A stretch of 64,000 nt of DNA from Rhizodiscina lignyota (taxonomy: Eukaryota), in contig ML978139.1 of assembly GCA_010015805.1 (NCBI GenBank), positions 124,001-188,000 on the forward strand, in the 5' to 3' direction. Position numbers and translations under genes: made by a program. Position 1 is the first letter of the stretch. Every line of letters begins with the position of its first letter. Shown here piece by piece: positions 35,662 through 49,900 of this stretch. The notes below the pieces were generated by a model. The model saw nothing but the letters and a program-made list of their open reading frames with translations, was not told the origin of the DNA and did no database searches.

Positions 35662-38600
35662 ATGTTATCCGCATTCACAGCTCGTCCTATCGTCGAGCTC
35701 AAGCAGCGCGACAAGTCGAAGATTGAGTCCATCTTGGCCTATGGTATCTACGATGCATATTCAATCTACAATATAGTAATTCTAACATTCATTAAGGTGA
35801 TCGAGTCTTCGTAGGCCTCAATACCGGGTCCCTCCGCATCTACCGCGTCAACGAGACGCCAGAGGACGACTTGAACCACCAGCGCGATGCCTCCACTGCC
35901 ACTGCCACTGCCACAGCCACAGACGGTAGCGAAGCAAACGGCAACGATGTACAAGCCAAACCACCGCCCAAACCCCGCCTCGTAGACCTCCTCCGCGAAG
36001 AAGAGAAGTTTGCCAAACGCGGCGTTCAGCAGCTCGCCATCATCAAGGAAGCGAATCTCCTCCTCTCTCTGTCAGACGGCTATGTGAGCTTGCACGATGT
36101 ACAGTCCTACGCACTGCAATCACGGCTCGAGAAGACGAAAGGCGCGAGCGTCTTCGCGGTGACGAGTAATATCGTCAAAGATGCACAAACAGGCATCCCG
36201 AGCATCGTGAGCAGGCTTGCTGTCGCGGTCAAGCGGAAAATCATACTGTGGAAGTGGGCGGACATGGAGATGGTGGAGGAAGGGGAGGGTGAGGGTAAGG
36301 GCGAGATTAGCCTCCCTGCGAGCGTGAAAAGCTTGACGTGGGCGAGTGCGACGAAGGTGCTCGCAGGCATGGATCCGGGCTTCGTGCTCGTGGATGTGGA
36401 CTCGGGTAGCATCACGGATATCAACAAACCAGGCAGCAATATCGGGGCTGTCGATGCGGGCGTCAGGTTCGGCGCGATTAATAGCAGTGGCATGAGCTAT
36501 ATGGGCATGGGAGGCTGGGTGCCGAAGCCGATGGCCACGAAGCTAGCGGAGGGCGAGATGCTGCTCGCCAAAGACGTCAATACGTTGTTCATAGATGCGG
36601 ACGATGGCAAGGCGAGGGATAAGCGGCAGATTCCTTGGGCGCAGGCTCCGGAGACGGTGGGATATTCGTATCCTTACTTGCTTGCGCTGCAGCCGGCGGC
36701 GAAGGGCGCTCTCGAAGTGCGGAACCCGGATACGTTGAGTTTGCTACAGACGATTGCGTTGCCGAATGCGGGCGTGCTGCATGTGCCCCAGCCGAATATC
36801 AGTCTAGCCCATGCGGCGAAGGGGTTCTTAGTCGCTAGTGAGAGGGTTGTTTGGCGCATGGCGGCGCTGGACTACGACTCGCAGATCGAAGAACTCATCG
36901 GTAAAGAGCGATTCGATGAGGCGATCAGCCTGTTAGGAATGCTGGAAGACACTCTGCTCAAAGACAAGGAGGGAAAATTGAGAGAGGTCAGGATTCTGAA
37001 GGCGCACGCGCTATTTGAAGCGAGGAGGTATAGGCAAGCCTTTGAATACTTCTCTGAGGCGAAGGCGCCACCAGAGAGAGTCATAAGCCTGTATCCCAGG
37101 AGTATTGCCGGGGATCTGGCACCCGAAGAGAGCGTGAAGGATGAAGAGAGTGTGGCTGGTGAAGAAGATGGTTCTGCTGAGGCGAGCAAGGCGATGCTTG
37201 GTACGACACCGAGTTCGACAGTTGGCAAGTCACTCCTGGGCTTGGGCCGAAGTGGACATTCGAGAGCAGACTCGGATACATCGTCAATCAGATCGGGGAA
37301 GGGCGGTTCTGCCTTTGACAGCTCGCCTAGCAAGTCGAAAGAGAGCGTTACTGGCAGAGGGATGGAAGGGAAGGATTTCGCCGTTGCTGTCAACGAGCTC
37401 TGCCGTTTCCTCGTTCAGATCCACGGGCAGCTGCTCAAGGTCCTGAACCCGGATGGCTCACTGAAAGAAGACACTCCTCATAACAAGGAAAATAGCACGA
37501 TCTATCCACTCATCATGCACTTGCTGAACAGCTCCAGCGACTCCGACGACTGGACCCAGCAGCTAAAAGATGTGGCAACCCTCGTCGACACCACTTTGTT
37601 CAAAGCGTACATGCTGGTCAACCCTGGCCTTGCAGGCTCGCTCTTCCGTCTTTCCAATTTCTGTGATCCAGCAGTAGTCACAGAGAAGCTCTATGAATCG
37701 TCCCGCTACACCGACCTCATCGACTTTCTGCAAGGCAAGAAACTGCACCGCGAAGCGCTAACCTTACTTGCTAAATTCGGCAAGTGTGAAGAGATGAAGG
37801 AGGAAGAGGTCATGCCCCAACTGAGAGGGCCACGGCGAACCGTGCAGTATCTGCAAATGCTACCTCCAGAGATGATTGATGTGATTCTCGAGTTTACGGA
37901 ATGGCCTGTGAGAGCAGACCGGGGAATGGGCATGGAGGTTTTCATCGCGGACACCGAGAATGCGGAGACACTGCCGCGACATAAGGTGCTTGACTTCTTG
38001 GCATCTATTGACGACGATCTCGCCGTCAGGTATCTGGAGCACATCATCGATGAGCTGGACGACATGACTGCGGCGTTCCATCAACGGTTGGTGGAGCTAT
38101 ACCTCAAGACTGTTAAGGACAAGGAGTCAGGGGAAGAGAAGAAGAAGGCGGAGTTGAGAGACAAGCTATTAAGCTTCTTACAGAAAAGTGGGGAGTATAA
38201 TAAGTGGAGGATATTCCAGATGCTACCAGCCGATGACCCAGACTTTTACGAGGCGAGAGCGGTGGTGTTGAGTAAGATGGGACAGCATAAGCAGGCACTG
38301 AGTATTTATGTGTTTCAATTGCGTGATTACGAGAAGGCTGAAGAGTACGTCGTTCCCCGTCAATTGTTCTAAACGGGAAGATTCGCTAACAGGGAACAGC
38401 TATTGTAATCGCATCTACCTTGCTGAATCAACCTCGAATACTCAGCAAGAGTCTGAAGATAGCGCGCCGTCAATCTATCATACGCTGCTCACGCTCTACC
38501 TCACACCACCTGCGCCTTATTCGTCTGACAAATCGCTACAAGTTCCTCTTCTTACTGCTGCACTATCACTTTTATCACATCATGGACCACGTTTGCCAGC

Positions 38601-38946
38601 ATCCCAGACCCTCTCATTACTTCCGGAAAACCTGCCGTTAGAGAAGCTCTACCGCTACTTCGAAGCCCGCCTTCGAGCAGCAACCACAGCCGCCAACGAA
38701 GAACGCATTGTCGCGCGACTGAGAGGCGTCGAGCGTGCCCGAGTTGATGGAGCCCTTGTGAAGGAGAAGGGGAGAAGAGCGCTTATTGGAGAAGAACGGG
38801 TGTGCGGTGTGTGTGGGAAGAGGTTTGGCGGCGCTGCAATCAGGGTTATGCCGAGGAAAGCCGGGACCATCAGCGATGGGAATGAGGTTGTCCATTATGG
38901 GTGTTTTGGGAAGGGAGAGGCGAGGAGGACGAGCTTGTGGTCGTGA
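35662..38946 (+). CDS. VPS39: HOPS subunit Vam6/Vps39
   Basis: MLSAFTARPIVELKQRDKSKIESILAYGDR, CNH domain, VDTTLFKAYM..SLFRLSNFCDP, CHCR-like repeat and C-terminal CGVCGKRFG..HYGC. Introns at 35744-35796 and ~38345-38399. Confidence 0.95.
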
Positions 38947-39917
38947 TTGGATGGGAGGAGATGTGATTTTGATACCCCAGAGTTAAAATAGACATGAAGC
39001 GTTATTAATGCTTACATTTGGTCTTCTATATTAGCACTACCTTCGGTGGAAACGCCTTGTGACTGGAGAAAATATCTTGCGGTGCAGTTCTATTTCAAGG
39101 ACTGTCGCATATCTTCCATGATGAAGTGATGGAAAGTGAGTTATTGATAAATTTAGTCTAGGTAAAGGCTTGACAATTGTGGGTTCCTCTCAAAATAAGA
39201 AACATCGCCCCAGATCTCCGCTATGCATATCCGCAGTGCATTTCTGCATCTCCCTGGATCTTGACTAGTACACCTTTCCATACATTGACTGTTGATAGCT
39301 CCACAATATCTATCTAGAATTGTGAATTATGAATAGAGTTATGGCTAAGCCCTGGAACCTCAAGCGAGTCTACCAATAGATTTCAGAGCATAAGACCAGG
39401 AAACGGTGTGGGTCAGTAAGACGGGCCCGCTGATCGGTGCTCGGAGGTGCCTTTGAACATGCAACTGCTCACAGCCCATTTTGCGCACCCACAGCTGCCG
39501 AGAGGTACAAGTAAGGGTCTCTGCAGATATTGAAAATTCCATCGCTAAAGAGGGAGGCAAGATTCAAATAACAAAAGGCTTGAGAATACTTGGTGCGTCA
39601 AATATCCCGAATGCTAATCGCCTTCTTCTTCTCTTATTCTGTAGAACATCGAGGAGTATCACCGGATCATTGAGATAATAAAAGCTTCGATCCTCGAGGT
39701 TGTTTGGTTTAGTTTATTATGAATTTGGCTCGTCTGAGGGTAAGTTCCGATCACCGCTATGTTGGCTCAGTTATCTCAGATAAACATTGCTCGGAGATGT
39801 TCGACCGCCTTCAGATCCGGAACTCAATGTGCAAACACGAAGCGCATATGGAGCATTCAGAAAGAGCTATAGCTTCGAAACAAGGGACGAATTGCATGAG
39901 ATTTGAATGTAACCTTT

Positions 39918-39953
39918 GATTGGGTATTCCGAAAGATTGGGTATTCCGAAAGA
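39918..39953. repeat. Perfect 17-bp tandem duplication (GATTGGGTATTCCGAAA x2)
   Basis: Direct inspection of the sequence. Confidence 0.9.
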
Positions 39954-40079
39954 CTGTCTCTACCTGTACCCCGAACGACACGAACGCCCGACCTGACCCA
40001 AACGTGACAGAAGCGTTACGCATATAAACCGCAGTCGTCGATGCATCTGCCAGGAGAATCCATTGTGATACAGTGCGCC

Positions 40080-40592
40080 TTACAGCAAAAGAGCTGCACC
40101 TGCTAAAGCGCCCGCCGCTGCAACGCCAGCAGCCTTCAGGACTGGGAGTGCGGTCGGAGCAGCTGGGCCCGAGAGATCTTTGGTGTAAATACTGAGCTCC
40201 TCAGCATGTAGCGACGTGTAGTACTGCTGAACCGAAGTCGGCAGCTTAGTCCACCAGGTCGGCGTTGATTCGGCGGTGGCAAGGCTGGATAAGACGCCGA
40301 TGTCGACATTGGTAGCAGTGAGCTCCTCGAATTCAGACTTGGGTACTGCCGTCGAGAGCGCAGAAAGGAAGGCGCTATACTCGGGTTGCGCCGTTACGGA
40401 TGTCGCCCAGGTGGACAGATCGGATAACAGCCTTCCCTCAACGCTGGTGAACTTGGCCTCGTCGGTGAAAGTCGTCGAGATGATAGTAGGAGAGGGGAAT
40501 GGGATCCCAGCATTGCCGGAGTTGGAAGCAGAATCGCTGGATTGGGCGGCGACAAAGGCCGAAAGAGCAGCGATGGCAAAGACACACTTCAT
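40080..40592 (-). CDS. Secreted Ser/Thr/Ala-rich, probably GPI-anchored surface protein
   Basis: Signal peptide MKCVFAIAALSAFVAA, TPTWWTKLPTSVQQYY motif, hydrophobic C-terminus AAGVAAAGALAGAALLL. Confidence 0.88.
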   Translation of the reverse strand: MKCVFAIAALSAFVAAQSSDSASNSGNAGIPFPSPTIISTTFTDEAKFTSVEGRLLSDLSTWATSVTAQPEYSAFLSALSTAVPKSEFEELTATNVDIGVLSSLATAESTPTWWTKLPTSVQQYYTSLHAEELSIYTKDLSGPAAPTALPVLKAAGVAAAGALAGAALLL

Positions 40593-42278
40593 TTTGGCGA
40601 GTGTGGGAGATGAAAGACTTCGTCAATGTTTTAGACAATCTTTGAAGGGAGTTGAAATTTCAGGGTTGATCACCTGAAACGGAAGACTGTCTGTTGACTG
40701 AAAAGATACTTCACGACATAACGTTCTCATCGGAGGCTTATATGCAACCTTGCGGCCACACCGAACCCAATATGAAAAGAAAAAACATGAGCTGAAAGGC
40801 TAGAAGCTCCAAAAGTACCGCAGATCCTCCCAAGGCGTAATTTCACGGCCTGCCACTTTGCTTTGACAGTCACGGGCTTAGGACTTAGTTCCTTGTTAGA
40901 ATAGGACGAAGGCGGAATGGCGCCGGTGAAGCTTCCTGGTACCGACTGCTTCAGCCTCGCTGTTGCTGGCGCTGAATACGGGCACGAGTGGACAACCTCA
41001 CGATAGTGCCGTTTCACAAGCTCGATTGTTGGACTTTTTGGGAGTCGGAGGGTTCTCGGCTTCCAAACAACTGTATGGGAGGCCAATAAAACGCCTTGAG
41101 GCCTGTGAAGGTGGCTGAAAGCAGGGAGTGCGGTGGAGGCACAGGAGGCACAGCGGAGCGAAAATTACGCTTGACAAACCCAAGACCCGAAGGATCGCAG
41201 AGAGATGAGGCTGAGCGCCGCTGCGGCATAAACCGAATCACGTGGGTGTTCTCAAAGCTCGAAAGGCGCCGATTATTTAGGGGCCAAAAATGGATCATCA
41301 AGTTCAAACAACGTCATTTCACTTTCTAAAGGGTGAATCTGCCATGAACAATGCCCGAAACATTCAACGCCAGCGGCTTGGTTGTCAGGGCTTCTGTGAT
41401 TGCCAAAACGCAGCTCGGCCACGGTTCGAGCAGAATCTACTTCTTGAGCTTGGCGAAGTCATAGGATCAATTTCACAGCAATACGCGCACGAGTCTCGGT
41501 CCTGATACGTGGCTGTGTCACTGATTGATACCTTGAATGACCTGGTTCGATACTTAATTCCCCTTTCGGATTCCGCATGCAAACGAACGACTTGTCTCGG
41601 ATTTTAAGGAAGATTAACATTGAACCTATGCAGGCGAGATGCTGCAGCGACCAAGCTTTGGCTACGATGATACTCTTGCCTTGTTTTGACATGCCGTGAG
41701 ATATAAACATCCATTCAAGAGACTTTCGACTTGGACAGCCCATGACGATCATCAACGACAACAGTAAGCTCAATGATCGATATCGTTCAGCCTTGTCCTA
41801 AGAATTTCGATCGTTGCCGATGTTTCCGGAGTAACCCGAGAAAGGCCCTTGGCTCAAGTCTGCCTGACTTCGTGATTCAGCCGCACAGTTATATTTTTCC
41901 GTGTTATATGATCTGCGACCGTACTGCTTTCCGGGTCAACGTAGTGGCTGTAAGATTTGAAGAATGTCAATTTCATTTGAAAGTATATGCTCCTAGGTTC
42001 TGGAATCGCCGGGCATCGATTTTGGCTGTAGTTGTTGAGGGGAGAGCTCGAGGCTCCGCAGTTCTTGAACATTTCCCCGTTGCTGTGGAGTCGCCCACAG
42101 CACTATTGGATAACCTTTCTATGCTCTTGAGGTTTGAGGGAATTGGGTGATGTGTCAGATCTCCATTTACGATCGATCGTTCTGTCATGACCTTCACTAT
42201 CAGCTCGCTCTGATGAGACCAGTTCGCTCATCGAAGTGTGCCGACACACACACACGTAGCATTGACTTGCAAGGGCAA

Positions 42279-42797
42279 TCACGGAGTGTACTTCGCTCTC
42301 AGCGCCGCTGCCTCCTTGTTGATATGCATCACATATTCGCGCACAGTCGGCCTAACAAGCTCCTTAGTGCAAGTTTCTTTCTGAGGACAAGAAACACAGT
42401 GGTTGTAGAGGGTAAAATGCATCTCCATCCAGTGCTTCTTGAATCCGTCTTTCGTCTTTGGCGTAGTCCAGGTTTGATGAGGAAGGCGTGCGCTGATCAG
42501 ACTGTGCCGTAGTTCCACAGATCGGGGGAGCTCGGCGCGCACTTGCCGGCACGTGAGTCGTAGTGCGTTCATTGTGTCGTACGTTGTTCGGAAGATATTG
42601 ATTGCGGAGGACCATTCGTCACAGTGGCTCATTTTGGATAAAGCTGGGAATTCGGAAAGGATTGCGAAATCATATATCTGTTGCCGGAGTTCGAGAGGGA
42701 GCGTGAGGAATTTGTACAACGCTACTCAACGTTAGTAAACATTACATTGACACAGGAGCATATATGATGGCATACATTGCTTAGTAGTATCTGCCAT
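42279..42797 (-). CDS. Small F-box-like hypothetical protein
   Basis: Exon MADTTKQ, a GTATGC..CTAAC..TAG intron, then LYKFLTLPLELRQQIYDFAI..ALRLTCRQVRAE. Confidence 0.65.
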
Positions 42798-43611
42798 TGT
42801 AGGAGTGGCGTGCGGTGGGCCGCTGTTTGGTGCGGGTTGTGAGGTTGCTATGGTAGATATTGAAAAAGCGATTGTGGAAATCAAAAAGGCAATGCATAGC
42901 GGCCGCTGTCCGCTTAATATGGCCATTGGAGCCGTAAGAACCTTAAATTAAGAATGAAAGTCCTTGCATGTTGTGATCTCACCAGGCAAATTCACCCCGG
43001 ATGCTGAGGTAATACCAAGTAAGGATGATGACTATACATGTTAAACGGTACATGTATTTCCATGACAAGCGGCTACAAACTTTTGGAAGATTGCCGAGGG
43101 AAGGAGATAATCTTGAAATATCAAAGCTGCGTGATAGATTATTTGTTACTTAATTTGATTGCAATTATTAGAAGATGCGTGTATTATCGCTTCGAGGCAA
43201 GCTAAGCTAGTCAGAGAGTAGCAGGCTGTCGCAGCCATCAAACAGGAGTGAAGATAGTTTTGGGAGAGCCAGCGTTTTGAGAGTGTCGGTAGGGAACTCG
43301 AAAGCCGGGTCAAATCCTCTCGTTTGCATTCTTCATATTCTGACCAGCCTGTCCTGGTGGTCTAATCCTCTTAACTCCGGAGCGCTACGTAGAGCTTATC
43401 GTCTTAGCACTGCAATGTATCATGTCAGAATCATGTGCCTCGTAGGTACTAGGCATACATACGCGAAGCAGTCTATCATGACTTCCAGCATGTAGGGATG
43501 CCTTGACGCAGAATACGGATTGGAGAAGAGCCCAACTCCTGTCTTCGGAGGCAAACTTTACCGCCTTTTTCGCAACAGTCATCAAACAAATGCTGGTTCT
43601 TGGTTGACCTT

Positions 43612-44257
43612 TCAAAGCAGCTTCAAGTGTCCGGTGACTTTATCGACCATGCTCTTCGGTGCCGGACCGACACCCAGAACCGTTGCACTCCCACTTGCAA
43701 TTTGCGTCCTTCCAGCATCGTGTATGATTTGTGCGCAGATCCCCAAGCTCAATGCCTGCGCCTGCAATAATTCCAGCTCTTCTTCACTCTTGACTTGTAA
43801 GGCAACTTTCGCCTGACCGTATTTCTCCCAGCGCTTCAGTATTTCGGACTGTGGATCGCGTCGAAGGAAGTGTTTGTAACACGCGAGTGTTGCGTGTGAG
43901 GCCTGCGCAGCTATTTTGCCTACGAAAACACGTTAGATTCAAGTAACTTACTCCTGAATAAGGAAGGGAGCGCCGCGTACCTTTGGTCATGCCTAGATCT
44001 GTTCGCACGACGAGTACAAGTTTACACTCCTCATTATTGCCAGAGAATTCACTAAGCTCACTCTTCTCCTCTTCCTCTTCCTCGTCCTCAGAGGAGTCGT
44101 CGGGATGTGGCACAGGTCCAGCTCCAGCATGCTTGTTTGTAACTGGTCCCAAAGTCGAGAATTGTCCTATGAAATAGCCAAAGAGGCCAGCAATGATGGC
44201 AGAAGCGACCGCGATAGCTGCAGCAGATGGCGGGGGACGATCCTGGGGAAGCGCCAT
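43612..44257 (-). CDS. PTH2: Peptidyl-tRNA hydrolase 2 with N-terminal membrane anchor
   Basis: EECKLVLVVRTDLGMTKG-KIAAQASHA, IIHDAGRTQIASGSATVLGVGP, VTGHLKLL*. One intron. Confidence 0.96.
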
Positions 44258-44678
44258 GTTCTCCACAAATTCTGAGTTGGCTGTGGTGAAGCGAGAGAGT
44301 TCACATCAAACCAATCCTGGCAGTGCGCGCAATATTTATTGAAGTTTTGAGCTTGGACCATATATGTGGCTGTCTGTGAATCGAGCCCCACGTGGCGGTG
44401 CTGGTAGCTGGCATACACTACGAACGGGCTAGCATTTCGACGTAATATCCCACAGCGCAACGCTTGAACAACTGCAGTCACTCTCTCGTTTCGTCATTCT
44501 TCTTTCATCCAAGGAGCCAATGTTGAACAGATTTGGCCCAGAAAGCAACGTTATGAGGTCCATTAAAGTCCAACTGCATCCATACTATGTAAAATACTTG
44601 CATATTAACAGATGCGCCTCTTACGATTTCATAGCTATGCCATGTAACGCCAAACCATGTTACATGTGGCAAGCGCAT

Positions 44679-45733
44679 TTAAATCATCTTCTTAATGCCT
44701 GTGCCCCGTAGTTTCTCGAAATGAAACATCTTGATAAACTGGGTTTCCTGGAATACAATTAGCGCTGAAGTACCACGGGCTTCGATAGAGCTTACGAGAA
44801 CGGCCTTGGGAAGGAAGCTCGACGCAAACCATATCAATGAAGCGGAAGATCCTTCCCAGACGTATCTGCTTCGCCCTCCGAAGCTCAGCAGATTCAGAAG
44901 CCAGGAGAATGCGCCCTTTGCTAGGATTCTGTCGACTGTCCTCCTCGCATATGTCTCGTTATCAATGCCGACGGTTTGAGCATGCGTAAGGCGACCCTTG
45001 TATTCTTCCGCAATTGGAGAATAATATGAGCCTTCTGGGAGGGTACGATCCACACGCGCAAGGTTCGATTTGACTCCCCCTGTGGCTATAACTACGACCC
45101 GGACTCCGAACTGGGATAGTTCGACGCGAAGTGTATCGGAATAAGCGTGTAGGGCGGCTTTGGAAGCGTTGTAGACTGACGAGAAGGCGTATGGCCTGCG
45201 CAATTGAAAATTGTCAGCATCGTAATACGCAGTATACTGAGCAGATTGGGCGACTGACATGACTCCTGCTAAGCTGCCGATCTGGACGATCGTTCCTTTC
45301 GCTTCGATGAGAAGAGGCGAAAACTCTTTGCACATTCGCATCACAGAGAAGACGTTAGCTTCAAACGTGTCGCGAACCTCTGCCATGTCGACATCTAGCG
45401 CCGGCATTGTGTAGTTTCTACCCGCATTGTTCACTAGTATGTCGAGCTTTCCCTCATTTCGCTTGGAGACTTCATCTCTCAGCGCAATGATGCTGCCTGG
45501 GTCTGTCAATTCGAGTGACAATGTCTCGATGCCGAGGTCTGCGAGCTCTGATATTTTGGCGGTGGTACGGGCGGTCGCGAAGACGCGGAAGCCTCGAGAG
45601 TGAAATTGTCGTGCGAGCGCATTTCCGATTCCTCCCGGAGAGCAACTGCAGAGAATGTTAAGTCTGAAGTGCTAGGAATTGTCGGTGATTCTCACCCTGT
45701 AATCAAGACAGTCTGCTGTTTCTGGGAGGGCAT
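44679..45733 (-). CDS. AYR1: 1-acyl-dihydroxyacetone-phosphate reductase-like short-chain dehydrogenase
   Basis: VLITGCSPGGIG, FRVFATAR, GKLDILVNNAG, catalytic YNASK. Three introns. Confidence 0.88.
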
Positions 45734-46080
45734 GCCGAATATAGTATGTAAGCTTTTGAGGTTCCGGGATGAGCGATCTTGCCGAGACTCGGGATTGACG
45801 GGATGTAGAAGCGAACTCTTTGCGAAGAAGAAGAATTTCTCGGATACGATATCACATCACAAAACAGCTACCAAAGAGGGTTTCTTATAATGGATAGCGT
45901 AATGTGCCTTGCATTAATTAACGCCGAATAGGCTATCAGTTTAAAGCTTCAAGGGGAAATGGAATTATACACACAGTCTTGGCGTTTTCAACACTCTCAA
46001 ATGGTAACACTAACCATAAATAGTCAAGTGACTTCCTGAACAAGGGTACCAGCATCTTCTTACGCCTCCTTTTGCAAGGT

Positions 46081-46849
46081 TGACTCATTGTAGACGCGTC
46101 AAGCTTAACCTGAACATGGGCTACACTTGTTGAAAACAGAAGCTGCTAGAGATTCAACCGGATTACACACAAAACTTGAGGATTATGGTCCATTATCAGT
46201 CCCCATTTTGCACGCTGACTCGGCCGTAGAACGAAAGAGTGAACGGAGTACCGGACTTCGGTTCAACGGTTGCTCCGGGGAGTCCTTCCAGGTGGCAGTC
46301 GGTGCTGAAGATGCTCCACAGAGCAATTGGAATCTTAGGCTTCGTGAGGGCTCCTTCCAAATGGATACTAATCATGAATTAGGATATCGATGGTGAAGAG
46401 TCGAGTATATGTAATGTGGAACAAATGTACTCTCAGAAGCTCTCCACCTCCTAGAGCACGTTGTACCGAGGTAGCTCCGATGTCGGGCGAAATTTTAGAG
46501 TGCACGCGAGCGGTCTGCCATGTTAATTTTTCAACAGCTTCATGAATACTGTATACACCAGAAAAAGAGTGGGGTTCAGCTTAGCCTTTACTCGAATTAT
46601 GTTAATTCGACTTGCAAAGTTCAATTGACTTAGTTTCTTTTGTTAGACCCTGTTGGTCAGCCATTTGAGGACACTCAATTTTCAGGGTCGATACAGTCAC
46701 AAACTCGTAGACCATTGACCACAGCCATTAGAAGCGTCAAGATCCCTCACAGAACTATCGCTACCGTAGTCGCGGGGCCACGGACGAGTACACAATTAGA
46801 CAGATCTCTGATAATCTCGGCATTCACGAAGTTTCCCCGTTGTGACTCA
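46081..46849. promoter_or_regulatory. Gcn4/CpcA sites (TGACTCA) upstream of LYS2
   Basis: Perfect TGACTCA at 46081-46087 and 46843-46849; the second is ~100 bp before the ATG. Consistent with cross-pathway control of lysine biosynthesis. Confidence 0.65.
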
Positions 46850-46945
46850 AGTCTCCTGACATCTCTCATCACCATTTTTCATCTCGAACAAAAACGTACC
46901 TCATTAGTCTATAATCCGAGACCATCAAAACTGCACTAAATCGAT

Positions 46946-49900
46946 ATGGCCATCACAAATGGTGTTCCAACACTTCCAGATCCGACCTCCGATCTGTACT
47001 GGTCCGATTTTCGCGGTACTATCCAGCAATTCTTCGCTGCAAATGCCGAAAAGCATCCAGAGAAGCCATGTGTCATCGAGACAGGCCTTAGAGATGGCAC
47101 TGGCAAACGCAGTTTCAATTACCGCCAGATACATGAGGGCAGCAACGTCGTAGCGCAACATCTTACAGCCAACGGCATCCGGAGAGGCGAGGTCGTCATG
47201 ATCTTCGCTCATCGTGGCGTCGATCTGGTTGTTGGCATTATGGGCGTTCTGAAGAGCGGCGCTGCCTTCTCAGTATTGGATCCTGCTTACCCTGCAGACA
47301 GACAGAAGATCTATCTAGAAGTAGCAACTCCGAGAGCTCTGATTACCATCAAGAAAGCTACAGACGACGTTGGACCTATCTCTCCTCTAGTTCGAGAGTT
47401 CTTGGACACTACCAGGGTCAACAATGAGCCACTGCTGAGAACGGAAATTCCAGCCCTCCAATTGCTCGACGACGGGAATCTTCTCGGTGGCAATTTTGAC
47501 GGAAAAGACTGCCTCGAAGGTGCAAGGACATTGAAAGAAAAGATGCCCGACGTTGTACTTGGTCCTGATTCCACACCAACGCTGTCGTTCACGTCAGGCA
47601 GCGAAGGCAAGCCCAAGGGGGTGCTGGGACGTCATTATTCGCTGTGCAAATACTTTCCATGGATGAGCGAAGCCTTTAATCTCGGCCCCGATGATCGTTT
47701 TACAATGCTTTCAGGCATTGCACATGGTAAGGTGCCTAGAGTGAGACAATGCGTCTTCAGCTAGCTAATATATGATTACAGATCCCATCCAGCGTGACAT
47801 ATTCACTCCGCTCTTTCTGGGAGCCTGCCTCCTTGTGCCGTCAATCGAGGATATTCAACATGAGCTACTTGCGGAATGGATGCGCAAGTACCAGGCCACA
47901 GTCACACATCTCACACCTGCCATGGGCCAAATTCTCGTCGGTAAGTTATCGGGGCGTATCCCATTACCATTTGAGATATTAGTCTTACAATCGGGTAGGT
48001 GGCGCAACCGCCAAATTTCCAAGTCTGCATCACGCCTTTTTCGTAGGCGATTTACTCATCAAGCGAGACTGCAGAAAGCTTCAGGAGCTGGCAGAGAATG
48101 TGAGAATAGTTAACATGTATGGTAAGTTTGAAACTCAGGGCAACGATGCCCTCGCTCGCGCTGATCTGCCGGATAGGTACGACTGAGACCCAAAGAGCGG
48201 TTAGCTACTACGAGGTTCCTAGCCGAGCTGAGAACCCAGATTTCTTAAACGGGTTGGGCGACGTCATACCTGCTGGAAAAGGCATGCAGCATGTGCAGCT
48301 TTTGATTGTCGACCGTGACAACATCCAGCGACAATGTGGCGTTGGCGAGAGCGGCGAGATTTACGTCCGAGCTGGAGGTCTTGCTGAAGGGTATCTGGGC
48401 CTGCCAGAACTTAACAAACAGAAATTTGTGCAGAATTGGTTCGTCTCAAATGATACGTGGGTACAGAAAGAAGAGAAGCTCTTTGGCGGCAAGAGACCGA
48501 TCTGGGCACAGGATACCGCAACATGGAAGGGCCCGCGTGACCGGCTTTACCGGAGTGGCGACCTTGGTCGTTACATGCCAGATGGCAATGTTGAAGTCAC
48601 AGGCCGTGTCGACAACCAAGTCAAGATTCGTGGCTTCCGCATTGAGCTTGGTGAGATTGATTCACATCTGTCCCAGCATCCACTTGTGAGAGAAAACATC
48701 ACCATGCTGAAGCGCGACAAATTCGAGGAGCATACTTTAGTGTCGTACTTTGTGCCCGAGATGTCGAGATGGAATCTCTGGCTCAAGGAAACTCACGGCA
48801 AAGAAGATCTCTCCGAAGAAGTGGACATGGTCAGTATGCTGAAGCGATTCCGGCTATTGAGAGATGACATCCGAGCGCACCTCAAGACAAAACTTCCGGA
48901 GTATGCGGTCCCGAGCGTACTTGTTCCACTTAGTCGTTTCCCGCTCAATCCAAACGGTAAGGTCGACAGACCCAAATTACCTTTCCCAGAACCTTGGGAG
49001 CTTTCAGCTGGTGCGCGTAGGCCATCTGAGATAGGCGGAATCTGGACCGAGACTGAAAAGGCTGTTGCACAGATTTGGACCGGCTTGTTGAAGGGCAAGG
49101 AAGTGTCTCAAACGGATTCATTCTTCGACATTGGCGGTCACAGTATTCTGGCGCAGCAAATGTTGCTCGAAGTCCGGAGACGATGGCAGGGCGTGGATGT
49201 ACCTTTGAGAGTACTCTTCAAACACCCAACGGTCCGCGGCTTCGCTCTCGAAATCAATCGTGCACTTGATCCAATTGGCCTTCAGTATGACGAGGAACAA
49301 GATAGCGGCACGTCAGATGAGGACTATGCGGCTGACGCTGCGGAACTTGCGCAGAAACTCCCGCCGACCTTCAAGCCTGCAGATCGACTGACAGGAGAGA
49401 AGGCGACAGTGCTGCTGACAGGAGCAACTGGCTTTTTGGGCTCGTATCTCCTGAGGGATCTAATGAGTCGCAAGGAGGTCAGTAAGGTCATCACACTGGT
49501 GAGGGCGAAAGATACAGCTGCGGCAAAGAAGCGAGTGGTCCTCACCTGTAGCGGATATGGAATATGGAATGAAGAGTGGGAATCGAGGATTGAGTGTATT
49601 ACCGGTGATCTGGCCCAGCCCAAATTAGGAGTAGGAGATGCGGGATGGCAGAGATTGGCATCTGAGGTATCGCTTGTCATCCACAATGGTGCTCGAGGTG
49701 AGACTTTCGTTCATGCAAAGATCTTCTTGACATCGAAGTAGCTCTTTCTCACCTTTCTTAGTCCATTGGGTTGTGCCATATTCAACACTGCGCAAGTCCA
49801 ACGTCTTGAGCACATACGAGGCAATATCACTCTGTGCAATCGGAGTGCCGAAGCGCTTTGTCTTTGTCAGTTCGACCAGTGCACTTGACAACGAGCACTA

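Noticed and set aside
39918..39953. Direct repeat as a CRISPR array or target-site duplication
   Set aside because: Two adjacent copies with no spacer or intervening element, in a eukaryote; a simple tandem duplication. The same applies to the 10-bp duplication at ~55450-55472.
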